Assembly: GCA_951406725.2 (NCBI GenBank)
Contig: OX597826.1
Location: forward strand, 35,216,001 to 35,280,000
Direction: 5' to 3'
Length of the DNA stretch: 64,000 bases
Origin: Octopus vulgaris
Lineage: Eukaryota
Below are positions 25,902 through 39,507 of the stretch, piece by piece. Numbering within the stretch: position 1 is the stretch's first letter; each line of letters opens with the position of its first letter. Position numbers and translations under genes: made by a program. The notes below the pieces were generated by a model. That model made no database searches, was not told the origin of the DNA, and saw nothing but the letters and a program-made list of their open reading frames with translations.

Positions 25902-26148
25902 ATTGTTTGCCAACATAACATGGCAGTCCTGGTTTAGGACGAATATTGCTGTAATTTTACCCCAGGAGACATCGTCTTCAGCTGGCTATACGACACGATC
26001 CGTGTCCTTATATTTTCTAGATTCCCTCGTTCGAAAACATAAGGACACAGATCGTGTCGTATAACCAGCTGAAGACGATGTCTTCTGGGGATAAATTACC
26101 TCAACATTAGTCCTAAACCAGGACTGCCATGTTATTTTGGCAAACAAT
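25902..26148. mobile_element. Hairpin (foldback) MITE, about 116-bp arms, 15-nt spacer
   Basis: ATTGTTTGCCAACATAACATGGCAGTCCTGGTTTAGGAC... is reverse-complementary to ...GTCCTAAACCAGGACTGCCATGTTATTTTGGCAAACAAT. Confidence 0.8.
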
Positions 26149-26820
26149 TTTTCTACAAAGTACTGTTGCTGAATATCTCACGTTGTGAAATTTAAAAATA
26201 GTAATTTTCTAATCTATATTGTTGTTCAAATTATTTTTGTAATATTTTCAATTATTATTTCTTTTTCTTTCTCCTTCTTATAATTCACTTTCGAGATTAT
26301 TTTTTCATAATTCTGTATGATGGCCAGCTGGCAGGATCATTAACACTCCGAGCAAAATACTTAACGGCGCTCAAACTCCTCCGAGTCCGACTTTGTCTTT
26401 CATCTCTTCTGAGGTAACAAAAAAACATGCACCATTTGATCCCTGGGGGTCAACATAATCGACATACATCCTTCCACCGAAATTTATTTCCTTGTGCGAC
26501 AGAGTTAAGCTATAATTATTTCCCCCTATTTCTGAGTATTAAAATAATGTAGGAATCTGAGACGTAACTGTCACTGAAACTTTTCGGAGTAGACCGCTGA
26601 AATTTCAAGTTATTTCTTAGAAAGACTGTTCTGATTCTGGAAGTTTGTTGTGTATTGGCCAGCAATATGCTAAAAGTACATCTGGTATATCTTCATTGAC
26701 ATTGTCGTTAATTTCATTAGTTTCTGCAACGGCATTGAAATCGGCACATAACGACGTCATCACTACAATTAATCTCATTATCTTCATCATCGTCATCATC
26801 GTCGTTGTCGTCGTCGTCAT

Positions 26821-27110
26821 CATCATGACGTTTGGAAACATTTTTTCACGCTAAGAGTTGCTGAAGTATGTGACAAACTGCCGGCATCAGTTTTTAGTTG
26901 TCGGAGGACTGCATCCTTCAAATCTTCCATGCTTCCTGAGATTCGCCAACACTACACCTGATTTTCTCCCCACTATACACACACAGCCATGTATCTGACT
27001 CATACACTGTTCACTTTCCAGACATTTGTACATTATTGCATATGCTTTATCTGCACTTTTGTGAAGTTGTGGTGGACCTGAGCACTGTATACAATAATTT
27101 CATTATCATA
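26821..27110 (+). mobile_element. CR1/L2-clade LINE 3' end
   Basis: 26821-26961 encodes HHDVWKHFFTLRVAEVCDKLPASVFSCRRTASFKSSM, matching the CR1 C-terminal pattern FFxxRVxxxWNxLPxxVV...SFK. It is followed by a 3' UTR and an (ATT/ATC)n tail. Confidence 0.75.
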
Positions 27111-28578
27111 TTATTTTCATCATCATCATTCCGTCCTCTCATTATCAGCAGCAGCATCACCACCACTACCATTGCCATTTACATACATTTCAGTGTCACT
27201 GCGTTGTATTGGAACAGTTGAAGAAATTGCTTCAAAGTATTCTGTAATATACAATCTGTTATTTTTCCCAAATATTTGATGATTGGAACAAGTCTGAACA
27301 CAAGATGCTCGAACAAACGACTAAAACAAGCGCCCTAGTTAGGCGCTTGTATTTATCCAGTCATGCTAAATATTGTTCCGCTCTGTTTACGTGGATGAGC
27401 GTGTGATGGGTGTGTATGCGTGACAGTGCATGCGTGTGTGTCTGCGTGAAGGTTTTCCTGTTCAACGTAATTTTGTCTTTTGTATTGCGGCACAAAATCG
27501 ATTATTGTTTTAAATTCTGGTATTCATTATATCAGATTCTTACCATCGAACCAGTAAGTTATGAGACGGTGAAAAGTAACATTGGGTGACAATTGTTTAA
27601 ACTCACACGCAAACACGCACAAGAAATACACACATACACATGAACTCACCACACGCACACATGTATATATGAATGTATGTATGGAAATTTGTACGTGTAT
27701 ATTTGTGTATGTTTGTGTTTGTGTGCATGTGTGTGTGCATATAGGTACTAATTTTGTGATATATTAGTTTCTTACATGTGGGTGGCTTGAACGGTAATTA
27801 TTTCATAGTAAACTTTTATAATGTCTTGCACATTTTTACTCTTCCCTCTACAGACTGTAGTTTAAAATTTAGAAAAATATTTAAGGGTGTCTGTGATTGA
27901 TAGTACAAGCGCAAATGTGTAAACAGAGTGGATAAACAGTAGGATTTGAAGAATTCATACATAAGTATTGCATGCATGTGTGAATGTACGTTTGAATGTA
28001 TGATGTATGAATGGATGGATGGATGGATGGATGGATGGATGTACGACTGTGTGAGTATGTATGTGTATGAGTGTATGTACCGGTCTTCTGCAGAGTGTGA
28101 CACAGACATAAAAGCTAGTTACAGAATAAGGAAAAGGGCCGTCGTGCTTTTGTATTGCTGCAAAATTGAAACTATCGACATAAAAGTGTACAACACAGTA
28201 ATATATTTTAAAAACGAAACTTAATATACATATTTTTCATAAATGCAAGCAATCTTCGCTTGTAATTTCCCGATAAACGTGCATAATATCACTCCACTTC
28301 ATGTTATTTATACTGTAGCACAGTATTTTCAATCTGACTGCACTACTATGCAGCGTTACTAGCACAAAGTTCACATATATTATGCCATGGTGAAAAGTTT
28401 CGCTTTCATTGGACCCTCAGCTTAGAATTTCAATTTAATTTGCAGTGGTTTGGTAGCCGTGTTTACATTGCCTCCAGCCATATATACTTTCATCTGAAGA
28501 CAATACCCAAATATGTGCACAAGCAAGCATAGAAAAATGCGCACGTATGGGAGAGTTCATATCTGTTTCTCGTGTGTG

Positions 28579-28623
<45 letters not shown>

Positions 28624-29030
28624 GATATAGATATAGATATTATACTATACCATGTAATGTTATATATTATATATATTTATACACAGAGGGAATGAAGTGA
28701 GAAGAGAAATTAGAGATAATTCATGACACCACGAAAAACCTTCATATTTCGCAGTTCAGTGAACAATCTAATGAGTTGAGGCGATCACATAGCAATCCTG
28801 TTTTGCCAGGAAATAGAAGGTGCGCCATTAAAGTCAATTGTCTGTCAACTGATTGGTAAAGGATAATTGATAAAAATGAAAAATTGATTACTGCATTAGT
28901 ATTATCTTCACTTGTTCTGTGTAGAATAGTTAATGGAGATTTATTTCCTGCTGGGAATAATTATCTACATTGTTAGGTATCTGTACATACCACTGCCGTT
29001 TATATGACTATGTATGTGTGTATGTATGCA

Positions 29031-29086
<56 letters not shown>

Positions 29087-32000
29087 TGTATGTATGTATA
29101 TATATATATGTATGTATATATATATATACTTGTATATATATATATGTATACATATATATATACACACATGAATATATACATATATATATGTAAATATATA
29201 TATTATTTATATAAATATATACATTTACATATATATGTGTGTGTGTGTGTGCGCGTGAAGGCATATGTATGTATGTATATATGTATTTATATAGGGATAG
29301 TTGGATGTATGTATATATAGATATATTGAATATATATGTGCGTGTACAGATATACGTATTGATTTACATACGCGACGGGCATACATCTATTTATATATAT
29401 GCGTGTGTATGTGTGTGCGCGCATATCTTTATATAGATATATCTATATGTATTTGAGTATATCTATTTATGTATATATGTATGTATATAAGTGTGTATAT
29501 GTGTTTATGTGTGTGTCTGTGTGTCTGTGTAAGTACGTACAATATATACACATGTGTAAAATGAATTTATTTAATAACACGAATTTTGTTCTGACAGACA
29601 CAGTGCTATTAGCAAGAAAGTTTTGCTCCTATATGCTTGTTTAATTTGTCACATCTATAAAAAGGTAATTGTCACCTGTACACAATAGCTCACATTAATA
29701 CCATCATTTATGAAATATTAATTACCTGTTGTCTGAGTGTTAACTCTCCAAATGTATACCTATGTCTACAGATAATTTATTTTATATTGATTATAACAAA
29801 GCAGTTTTAAACACAGAGTTTTAGTCTAATAATTCTTTTGAAAATAAATTATATGCTTATCATTTTTCTCTCTCTTGCAATATGGTCTTCATTAATGAGA
29901 TTATACACTTTTTACGAGTTACCGTTATCAAATATTTCCAAACTCCGCTTTGCTACACATCCTCCGCCATAACTTTTCTCAATAGAAAATGGCGATTATG
30001 GAAATATTGAATAAAAGCTGAAAATCACGTGGAGAAACTTCCAGCGAGACAATGAACGTATTTATTTGAGTCTGAAGGAGATCTGTATCACCTATGGCCG
30101 TTTTGTATGGCCTCGGAGACCAATGAAACTAAAGGAGGTGAAAAGAAAGTTTTCTACAGACAGTAGATCACTGCAAAATCCTCGCAATTAATGTATTCTT
30201 CGAAAGGTACGAAATACGGTGGTGGGAGAGTTAAACAAACCGATGCCATAATAGATGTCTGAAGTAAAGATGCATTAGAGAAAATTATGAACATTACGTA
30301 ATCGAAATTCTCCACATAAATATTACGATCATTTAAGATTAATTCCAATGATGAGAACTTTTGACTAACCTACTTAAATAGAAAACTTGAAGTTTAAACA
30401 TTCACCGCACTAGCAGAAAGTTGTTCATAGTTACATATATTGCATGCTAGAGAAGTAGACAGCATTAGCCAAAATGTCCGTAGACATATATAAACATTAG
30501 CTTTTTCAAAGTGAATTAATGCATTACAACGTCCGCAAATGTTTTGTTATTTACTTGACATAGATAACACTGTAGCCATTGGTGACGCTGATATTTTGTT
30601 GCGAGACCAGAAGCAAAGATACGTCTCGATATCAGAGATTCAACATGCAATACTTGAATCACTGATACTGTCAGAAGGTATCAAGTCTCTCTATTTCAGT
30701 GGACAATTGCGAAAGAACTGCCGAGGGCCATAATAGGCATGTACATTATAAGACTTATTCATTATCGTCGCCGCCTTCATTTTTTTCGTTCACCTGCGTC
30801 ATCGTCACCGTACTTATAAGTCAACATTATCGGCCTTCTCGTCATCATCATCATCATTTTCTATTTTCTCTTCTGCTCCCAATGCAATACTGTTATTACC
30901 CTCACAGCAACCAATACAACCATCACCACCACCACCACCATCGCCACTACCGCCGCCATCAATGCTACTATTACCACTGCAACTAATATACTTACTAATA
31001 TTCCTTTTTCGTTCATTTCTCCTTTGAAGAGTATTATTATTATTATCATCATCATCATTCACATCATCATCATCATCATTATCATCCCCATCATCATCAT
31101 CAATATTATCCCCATCATCAATAGTTCTATTTGTGCATCTTGCTTTTCTTGCACTACAAAACACAGATCTGTGTAACTTCGGTGTATGCATTGTTCTGGT
31201 TCCGGTCTGTATTATGTTCCACTGAAATAATTCAGTATCAGAAATGCTCAACGCTTAGTTGTTATCTATTTTTTTCATTGCATATATTTGAATTCATGGG
31301 ATTCTGGTTACGCGTAAAATTTGTGTTTGCAGGTTTTTCTTCACTTTATCATTCCGAAGGCCCCTAAGTAATGTTTCGGTTTTTCAGGCTCCACGTAACG
31401 ATATCACTGTTTCTCAGTTTTGATATTTTGAAAATAGTCATATCTCGAAATCTTTCCTTGATGCATTATCGCCTCTTGACTGATACTTCAGTTACATGTC
31501 CGTTTCTTTTCAGTTGGTCATTAGCAAAAAAAATACTCTTGATTTTTCTATATTTTGTGATTTGATGTATCTGAGAGAATAGGCCCTTGGTCAATCTGTG
31601 AAACCTTTACATTTGTAAGCGTATTGTTTTATTCTTTTACTCGTTTCAGCCATTCAGCTGCGTCTTAACGTTCTGAGTTCAAATTCCACCGTGATCAAAC
31701 TTTACTTTTCGCTCTTTCGGGGTCGATAAAATAACTACCACTTGTTCTGCAAAGTCGATGATATCAACGTACCCGCTTCCCCGAAATTGCTGGTAGTGTG
31801 CCAAAATTAGTAACCGGCGACACTGAACAGATACGCTTTTTTTTACCATAAGAGGAAAATTTCTCTACGATAATTTGCCTTTTAACAGCTAAAATATGTC
31901 ACAAGCATATTTCAGCTAACCTAAACTTCGCTTATACCTAAACTCTGCTTCCGGCTAATGCTACGATAATTTCCACTGGCACAAATTAGTCAATGTTATT

Positions 32001-32621
32001 GACTTTATTTTACAGCTTTATAAGATCTGTTCAAAGTTGTCTCTCTTAAGTATGTCTCATTGAAAATAGCTAAGGAGCTAGGAACATCGATGTCCGGGAA
32101 TCCTGATAGATATGGCATTTTTAAATCTTTTTATATCTTTTTATACCATAAGAGACAATTTTCTCTACGAGAACTGCAGTAAATTTGCCTTTTAGCAATT
32201 GAAATATATCACAAGTTGAACTAACTTAAAATTTGTAAAATGATAACTCGAAATAACAATTTTCGAAGTTAAACATTACAGATATTATACAACACACACA
32301 CACAAATATAATGTACATTCACAAATGATGTGTACGTGTGGTGTTTATAGTTCGCAGATGGCACCTCATGCGGAGCATTGATTCCAGGCGTTGTCTCAGA
32401 CAAGCTTTGTCTTTATACAACATAATAGAATGAACAAATTACGATATTCAAAGTATTATATTGATTGTGTAATAGACTCTCATATGAATTGTTCTACAGC
32501 TGTAAATGCTGCGAGATCAGGAATGCATAATTGTTCTACTTTGCATGTCATCGAACAAAGCCCGGCTCCAATTCTCACAATTCTCTTCTCGCCACGGCGC
32601 TCAATGAAAGGTATATATATG

Positions 32622-32675
<54 letters not shown>

Positions 32676-32740
32676 CATAAATATACGTGCATATGTATTT
32701 GTCTGTGTGAGTGTGTGCATGTATACATATAGAGATTGAC

Positions 32741-32791
<51 letters not shown>

Positions 32792-33461
32792 TATATAATA
32801 AAGAAACACACTCATACATGTATAGTGCGTGTATATATATATGTATATGGTTGTGTTTTGTATATTCCTACTTGTGCATGTGTACATGAATGTGCAGGCG
32901 TACAACTGTATGTATGTGTGCATAATTATACGTATGTGTGCGTGTATGTCTTATGCATGTATGTGTATTTATATATATATATATACATACGCATACACAC
33001 AGGTACACACGGACACGCATATAGATATCGGTATACGTCTCTGTATGTGATCATATGTCTATGTATTTGTGTATATGTGTGTACATGTATGAATGTAAAT
33101 ACACGAGTACGTAAGAAGACGTCAATGAGACAGGAAAGGAGGAGAGGATGATAGAGAGAGAAAACGAAAAAGAGTGTTTTGGCGATTTATCAGTTGAATG
33201 GTCAGGTCAAATCAAGTCATAGAATGTTTAGCAAAGAAAATCTGAAATTAACCTTTACCAATGAAATGTGAAGGATAAATGGTCCTTTACTTCACTTCCT
33301 CTTCGATGGCAAAAATAGAGAAGTGAAGAGAATAAAAAAAAATAACGATAGTTTTCTTCTATCTGTTCTGTGTGAATAGAAAAAAGATCAATCAAGCGAC
33401 AGAGTAAAGTAGTGCTGTTACGTGTGAGTGTAATTGTGTGTGCACGTGTGTGTGCGTGCGA

Positions 33462-33507
<46 letters not shown>

Positions 33508-33996
33508 TTGAGTATGTGAGTTTCTCTATGTTTGTGAATATGTAAGCGTTCGTCCACAACGGGTGAAACAGCAGTTGGTACGGTACGTTCACGTATATGT
33601 CTATGAGTATATATGTGTGCTTGCGTATAATATATAAATATATGGAGAGCTCTATTATTGTACAACAGCGTGTGATCGTCTTTTTTAGCAGAATTAGAAC
33701 TGATATATATGTGTGTGTGTGTGTTTAGGTGAGAGCATGAGATGTAGGTACGAAATTTGTGTATTTATATGCGAGTGTCAGGCAGTTTTTAAGCGATTTC
33801 TTTTCTGGGAGGATATATAAAGCCAATATGTAAGTCGATAAAAAATGGAAAGCTTATCAGTAAGAAATAGAATGAAAATTCATTTGCAGATATTAGCGCG
33901 TGCGCACATGCATATACATGTAAGTATGGATGAGTTTATATATATATATATATATATATAAAAAAGTTGAGTTGTGGGGTATCGCACGAGTGGGAT

Positions 33997-35595
33997 TATA
34001 TAAGAAAAAAGGTTTGAAAATGCAATTTAAACGATGTTTATTTACTTAACCGGTTTCACTCTTTGGTAAAAGATTGTCAAAAGTTACATTTAAGGAAACA
34101 TTGAATAATATGGGTTCAAAAAAGTTTTTTACATAATTGTCACATTGAATATTATGCATTCAAAAAAGTTTTTTACATAATTGTCGCATTGGATATTATG
34201 GGTTCAAAAAAGTTTTTTACATAATTGTCACATTGGATATTATGAATTCAAAAATGTTTTTTACATAATTGTCACATTGGATATTATGAATTCAAAAATG
34301 TTTTTTTATACATAATTGTCACATTATTTGGGAAAATTTGGCAGAAAAGGATAAAACAAATATATTATTGGGAATTGGTTGCGTTAATTATTGGTTGTCG
34401 CAAATTGTCACATTACATGTATATATATACAATCTTTGGTATATATATACAGCGTTTTGACAGCAAAAATTAAAATGGCTTTTTTGTACATCTCAGAATA
34501 TTTTAAGTATGTTTTTACTGACCTGTCAGTATTAGCAGAAAGGCTGAACTGAGAGAACAGAAGAAGTAGCCAATGTGGTGTATACTTCCCCTTTATGCAT
34601 GAATGATTTTGGGGTTATCAGGAGGTTAGTATGCGGGTGTGAATAGATGTGTCCGTGCCTGCTGGTCAGACAGCGTCTGTTTGTCACACACATATATATA
34701 CACACAAACACACACACACACAACAACACACACACACACACACATAGTATACAAACACACACCACATACAAACAACACACACACACACAGAACACACACA
34801 CCCACACACAACGCACCCACATATATCACATATATGTATGTGTTTGTATACTATGTGTGTGTGTGTGTGTGTTGTTGTGTGTGTGTGTGTTTGTGTGTAT
34901 ATATATGTGTGTGACAAACAGACGCTGTCTGACCAGCAGGCACGGACACATCTATTCACACCCGCATACTAACCTCCTGATAACCCCAAAATCATTCATG
35001 CATAAAGGGGAAGTATACACCACATTGGCTACTTCTTCTGTTCTCTCAGTTCAGCCTTTCTGCTAATACTGACAGGTCAGTAAAAACATACTTAAAATAT
35101 TCTGAGATGTACAAAAAAGCCATTTTAATTTTTGCTGTCAAAACGCTGTATATATATACCAAAGATTGTATATATATACATGTAATGTGACAATTTGCGA
35201 CAACCAATAATTAACGCAACCAATTCCCAATAATATATTTGTTTTATCCTTTTCTGCCAAATTTTCCCAAATAATGTGACAATTATGTATAAAAAAACAT
35301 TTTTGAATTCATAATATCCAATGTGACAATTATGTAAAAAACATTTTTGAATTCATAATATCCAATGTGACAATTATGTAAAAAACTTTTTTGAACCCAT
35401 AATATCCAATGTGACAATTATGTAAAAAACTTTTTTGAATGCATAATATTCAATGTGACAATTATGTAAAAAACTTTTTTGAACCCATATTATTCAATGT
35501 TTCCTTAAATGTAACTTTTGACAATCTTTTACCAAAGAGTGAAACCGGTTAAGTAAATAAACATCGTTTAAATTGCATTTTCAAACCTTTTTTCT

Positions 35596-35601
<6 letters not shown>
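33997..35601. repeat. 1.6-kb near-perfect inverted repeat (arms 33997-34759 and 34839-35601, 79-bp spacer), probably inverted PLE pLTRs
   Basis: Arms pair with no net indel (coordinate sum 69598 at both ends). I found one mismatch, 34186/35412. Hammerhead-like motif at the outer ends. Confidence 0.95.
34100..34326. repeat. 44-bp minisatellite, about 5 copies (mirrored at about 35272-35498)
   Basis: Unit TTCAAAAAAGTTTTTTACATAATTGTCACATTGGATATTATGNN starts at 34115, 34159, 34203, 34247 and 34291. Confidence 0.93.
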
Positions 35602-35630
<29 letters not shown>

Positions 35631-35677
35631 ATATATACACACATATGTGTGTTTATGCGTATACAAACACACACCTA

Positions 35678-35722
<45 letters not shown>

Positions 35723-36626
35723 AATTATATATATATACGCATCAATTATATATATATATAAACATATATAGATATATGTATATATTTATACACATAAATA
35801 TATGTATATATATATTTATACACATAAATATATATATATGTATATATATATATATATGTTATATATGTGTGTGTGTGTCAATTAATCAGTGAGAAAATAA
35901 CAGGATTTACATAATCATATTCATTAGCTCACAGCTGTTCCTGCTAGAAGTATTCGTGTGCCAAGAGCTGAGTATCCACGTGTCATCTTACAGCTTCTTA
36001 GAGCCATTTTATATTGAGGTGTGCATGTGTGTGCATGCATGTATGTATATGCATATTTACGACATCTTCCTGTTTAACACAAAATCTTAAACAAAATTCT
36101 AACTAGAAACATATGTCGGATCAACATTGAGAATACTATATATTACTTATACATTAATTATATGTATGTGAGATTAAGAGAGCCGGTACACGCGGGAAGC
36201 TGTTTCATTTGGATTGTCAAAAGATCGATTTATTGAAAAGGAAATCCTGATTGTAATCCCCCTTTACATTAGAGATTTGAACTTTTTTGAATAATTCACA
36301 TTTTTGTTGTCTTTGGTTGTTAAGGAGAATTTAGAGTGTTGTACCTTTGAGTAGATTGTCATAATTCTTCTCAATATTTTTCTTCTGTTTCTTGAATTGC
36401 CATTTATATGGTTTTCACATATTCTAGAGACAACATTTATGGTTCTATTAGAATCCCAATGTAGAAGCATCCTGATATATGTCATTAAAACTTTCTGATT
36501 GTATATATGCATACATAGACAAGGTGTACTGGATATTGCTACATCTTATGTTACAGGGTTTTACAAATATTACGAACAAAGGATTAGGGGCAGTAGTTCA
36601 GAATTTTTTTTTTGATACAACCGGTA

Positions 36627-37027
36627 TACTCTTTACTTTTTTACTTGTTTCAGTCATTTGACTGCGGCCATGCTGGAGCACCGCCTTTAATCGAGCAACT
36701 CGACCCCGGGACTTGTTCTTTTGTAAGCCCAGTACTTATTCTATCGGTCTCTTTTGCCGAACCGCTAAGTAATGGGGACATAAACACACCAGCATCGGTT
36801 GTTAAGCAATGCTAGGGAGACAAACACAGACACACAAACACACACACACATATATATATATATACATATATACGACGGGCTTCTTTCAGTTTCCGTCTAC
36901 CACATCCACTCACAAGGTCTTGGTCGGCCCGAGGCTATAGTAGAAGACACTTGCCCAAGGTGCCACGCAGTGGGACTGAACCCGGAAGCATGTGGTTGGT
37001 AAACAAGCTACTTATCACACAGCCACT
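36627..37027 (-). mobile_element. SINE family 1, near full length
   Basis: Reverse complement of the 13590-13989 type. Confidence 0.9.
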
Positions 37028-37162
37028 AGATATTTATTAAAAATGTTATTCTCCGCTTCAGTCCTGTGGCATCGGACGAATATTTCACAAAATGGTGAGC
37101 GTGTTGTCAGCATCATGTGAAATACAAACGTTTTGTAGGTTAGCGTATGTCTATAATACTTT

Positions 37163-37378
37163 AAGGCGGCGTGCTCGCAGAAACGTTAGCACACCGGGCA
37201 AAATACTTATCGGAATGTTGTCTGTCTTTACGTTCTGAGTTCAAATTCCGCCGATGTCGACTTTGCCTTTCATCGCTTCGGAGTCGATAAATTAAGTACC
37301 AGTTGCGTACTGGGTCGATCTAATAAACTGGCCCCCTCCCCCAAATTTCGGTCCTTGTGCCTAGAATAGAAAAGAATA
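37163..37378 (+). mobile_element. SINE family 2 (alternative tail)
   Basis: AAGGCGGCGTGCTCGCAGAAACGTTAGC head; tail CCCCCAAATTTCGGTCCTTGTGCCTAG as in 15400-15445. Confidence 0.85.
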
Positions 37379-37759
37379 CTGCAGTGATTTAATGATTTCG
37401 ACCATTCTTACATCTATTATTTCAGACGTGGATCCTTAATGGAACTTTTCAACTTGCCATAGAGAAAATGTCATGATTTAACTAAAAGTAACTCTTAGCA
37501 TTTTGAAATTACGTCGCATTAACGGAAACCGAGGTAAGTCTATAATGAACATTATAAAGCTTTGTACATACATGTAATATCTATTTAGAAGTGTTTGCAA
37601 AACGTATGAGTAGCTCCTGCACTTATATATGTATGGGTAGTAGTGGTGTATGTATGTTTGTCTGTGCGTGTGTATATGAGTGTGTGCATCTATGTACGTG
37701 TATGCGTGTATGTAACTGCATATGCATATAGGTTAATATACATACATACATGCATACAT

Positions 37760-37827
<68 letters not shown>

Positions 37828-38349
37828 GCTCGTACGCATGTGTGTGTATATAAGTGTTTCTCTGTGCGTGTGCATAACTGTCGGGATGTGTCTGTGAATG
37901 GAATAAACATTAAGTCAACATCTGTATTTATTAAAGATTGATGGTACGAACGTACTTATTAAGCTTTCCCATATTGTAATCGTGAAATTCATTTTCCCGC
38001 TCACCAGCAATTTTGCACATAGAGTCCTCTTCAATACGTAATTCTTTGAGCGCTGAATGTGTCAATGATAACGCTTAACATAACGAGAACTTACGTATTC
38101 TTTATTTCCTGTCGCTTTTTCGTCATTGAACCATTAAATGTGCAATGAAAACTGTTTCCTTTTATGATGACATTTTCGATTAAATTCTCCATTCCAATTT
38201 TTTCTTAAATTCAAAATATGAAATTCGCGCCTTACGATATTGTTCGTGTTATCATTTCTTTTGTCTTCTGTTTATACTGAAATATCGATGATGCGACATT
38301 TGTCCCTCATTTCTTGTTGGCTTAATTTCTTTACGGATTTTCTCCTTTG

Positions 38350-38710
38350 CTTTGTTCAGTCATTGAACTTCGGCGGCTGTGATGGGATACCATCTTGAAA
38401 GGCTAATCCAACAAATTGGCCTCACAAATTATATTCTTTAAGGTTTGGTTCTTATTCTATTTTGTCCTTCATCACGAACCGCTAAGATACGGTGACGTGA
38501 ACAAAAAAACACCGGGTGTCAAGCGGTAGTAGGTGTCAAATGCAAGCGCAAAGACTCGCACACGTATATACGATGGGATTCTTTAAGTTTCCCTCTACCA
38601 AATACAGTCACAAGGTTTTTGACGGCCCGGAACTATAGTAAAAGACACTTGTTCAAAGTACTACACAGTAGGATTGAACCCAAGATCACATGGTTCGGAA
38701 CAAGCTTCTT
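38350..38710 (-). mobile_element. SINE family 1, diverged
   Basis: TTCAGTCATT...GAACCGCTAAG...CACAAGG...GAACCC...CACATGGTT, colinear with 36627-37027. Confidence 0.7.
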
Positions 38711-39435
38711 CTTGATAATATTTTACTTTCCATCAAACTCTAACTTGGATATATTGTTAAATAAATCCTGAAATATCCTCAATAATTCAAATCTTAGTAA
38801 GTCACAAGATTCATTCTCTTTATATGTAGCTTAGTATACAATTACTTTCGGCATTTTCCATTGTGTGCCCCGTCTTCTTTCGTGTTGCGATACGAAACTC
38901 GGCAGATTTAAATGAAAAAAAAAACACTCTACAGAGAGTGCTTCTTTATTTAGATATTTCAAGGTTGCTTTGTTATAATATGACATTACATTATAATATT
39001 ACAGGCATTTTGCGTGCAGCTTTGGTTGGCTCTGAAAGAATTTGCTTCTAATAAAGTAATTTTTTATGCATGCTAAAAATATTATAAATCATTCATCTTT
39101 GATGCTTATATCATGATTAAAACCGATAATGTTCTTGACCGACATGATAGATCTAAAGAATTATTGATGGATGTAAAAATTGTAACTAAAGACTACTGTA
39201 AAGAAAATCTTGAGTACTCAATATGTATAAATGGCAGAATAAAATATATCCAAATTTTGTAGTTTGTTAATGATAGAAATTTCTAATCTAACGTTTCATG
39301 CTCAGCGTATGTCACATTATCGCCAGATGACAAACACAATTTAGGAAACGTTCGTGACGTATATCACTTATTATGCTGCAGAATTTTCGGTAGTGCATTT
39401 TGCATAAAAAGGTTGTCAGGCGTATAATTTGATAT

Positions 39436-39507
<72 letters not shown>

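Noticed and set aside
26068-26090. CTGAAGA in hairpin MITEs (also about 41277) as a hammerhead core
   Set aside because: No correctly placed stem II, GAAA, stem III and NUH arrangement that I could build.
34100-34326. Regularly spaced repeats suggestive of a CRISPR array
   Set aside because: Units are contiguous 44-bp tandem copies with no unique spacers, there are no cas genes, and the context is eukaryotic.
34532-35066. Identical peptides on opposite strands (VTNRRCLTSRHGH...)
   Set aside because: A consequence of the palindrome; the ORFs start in microsatellite.
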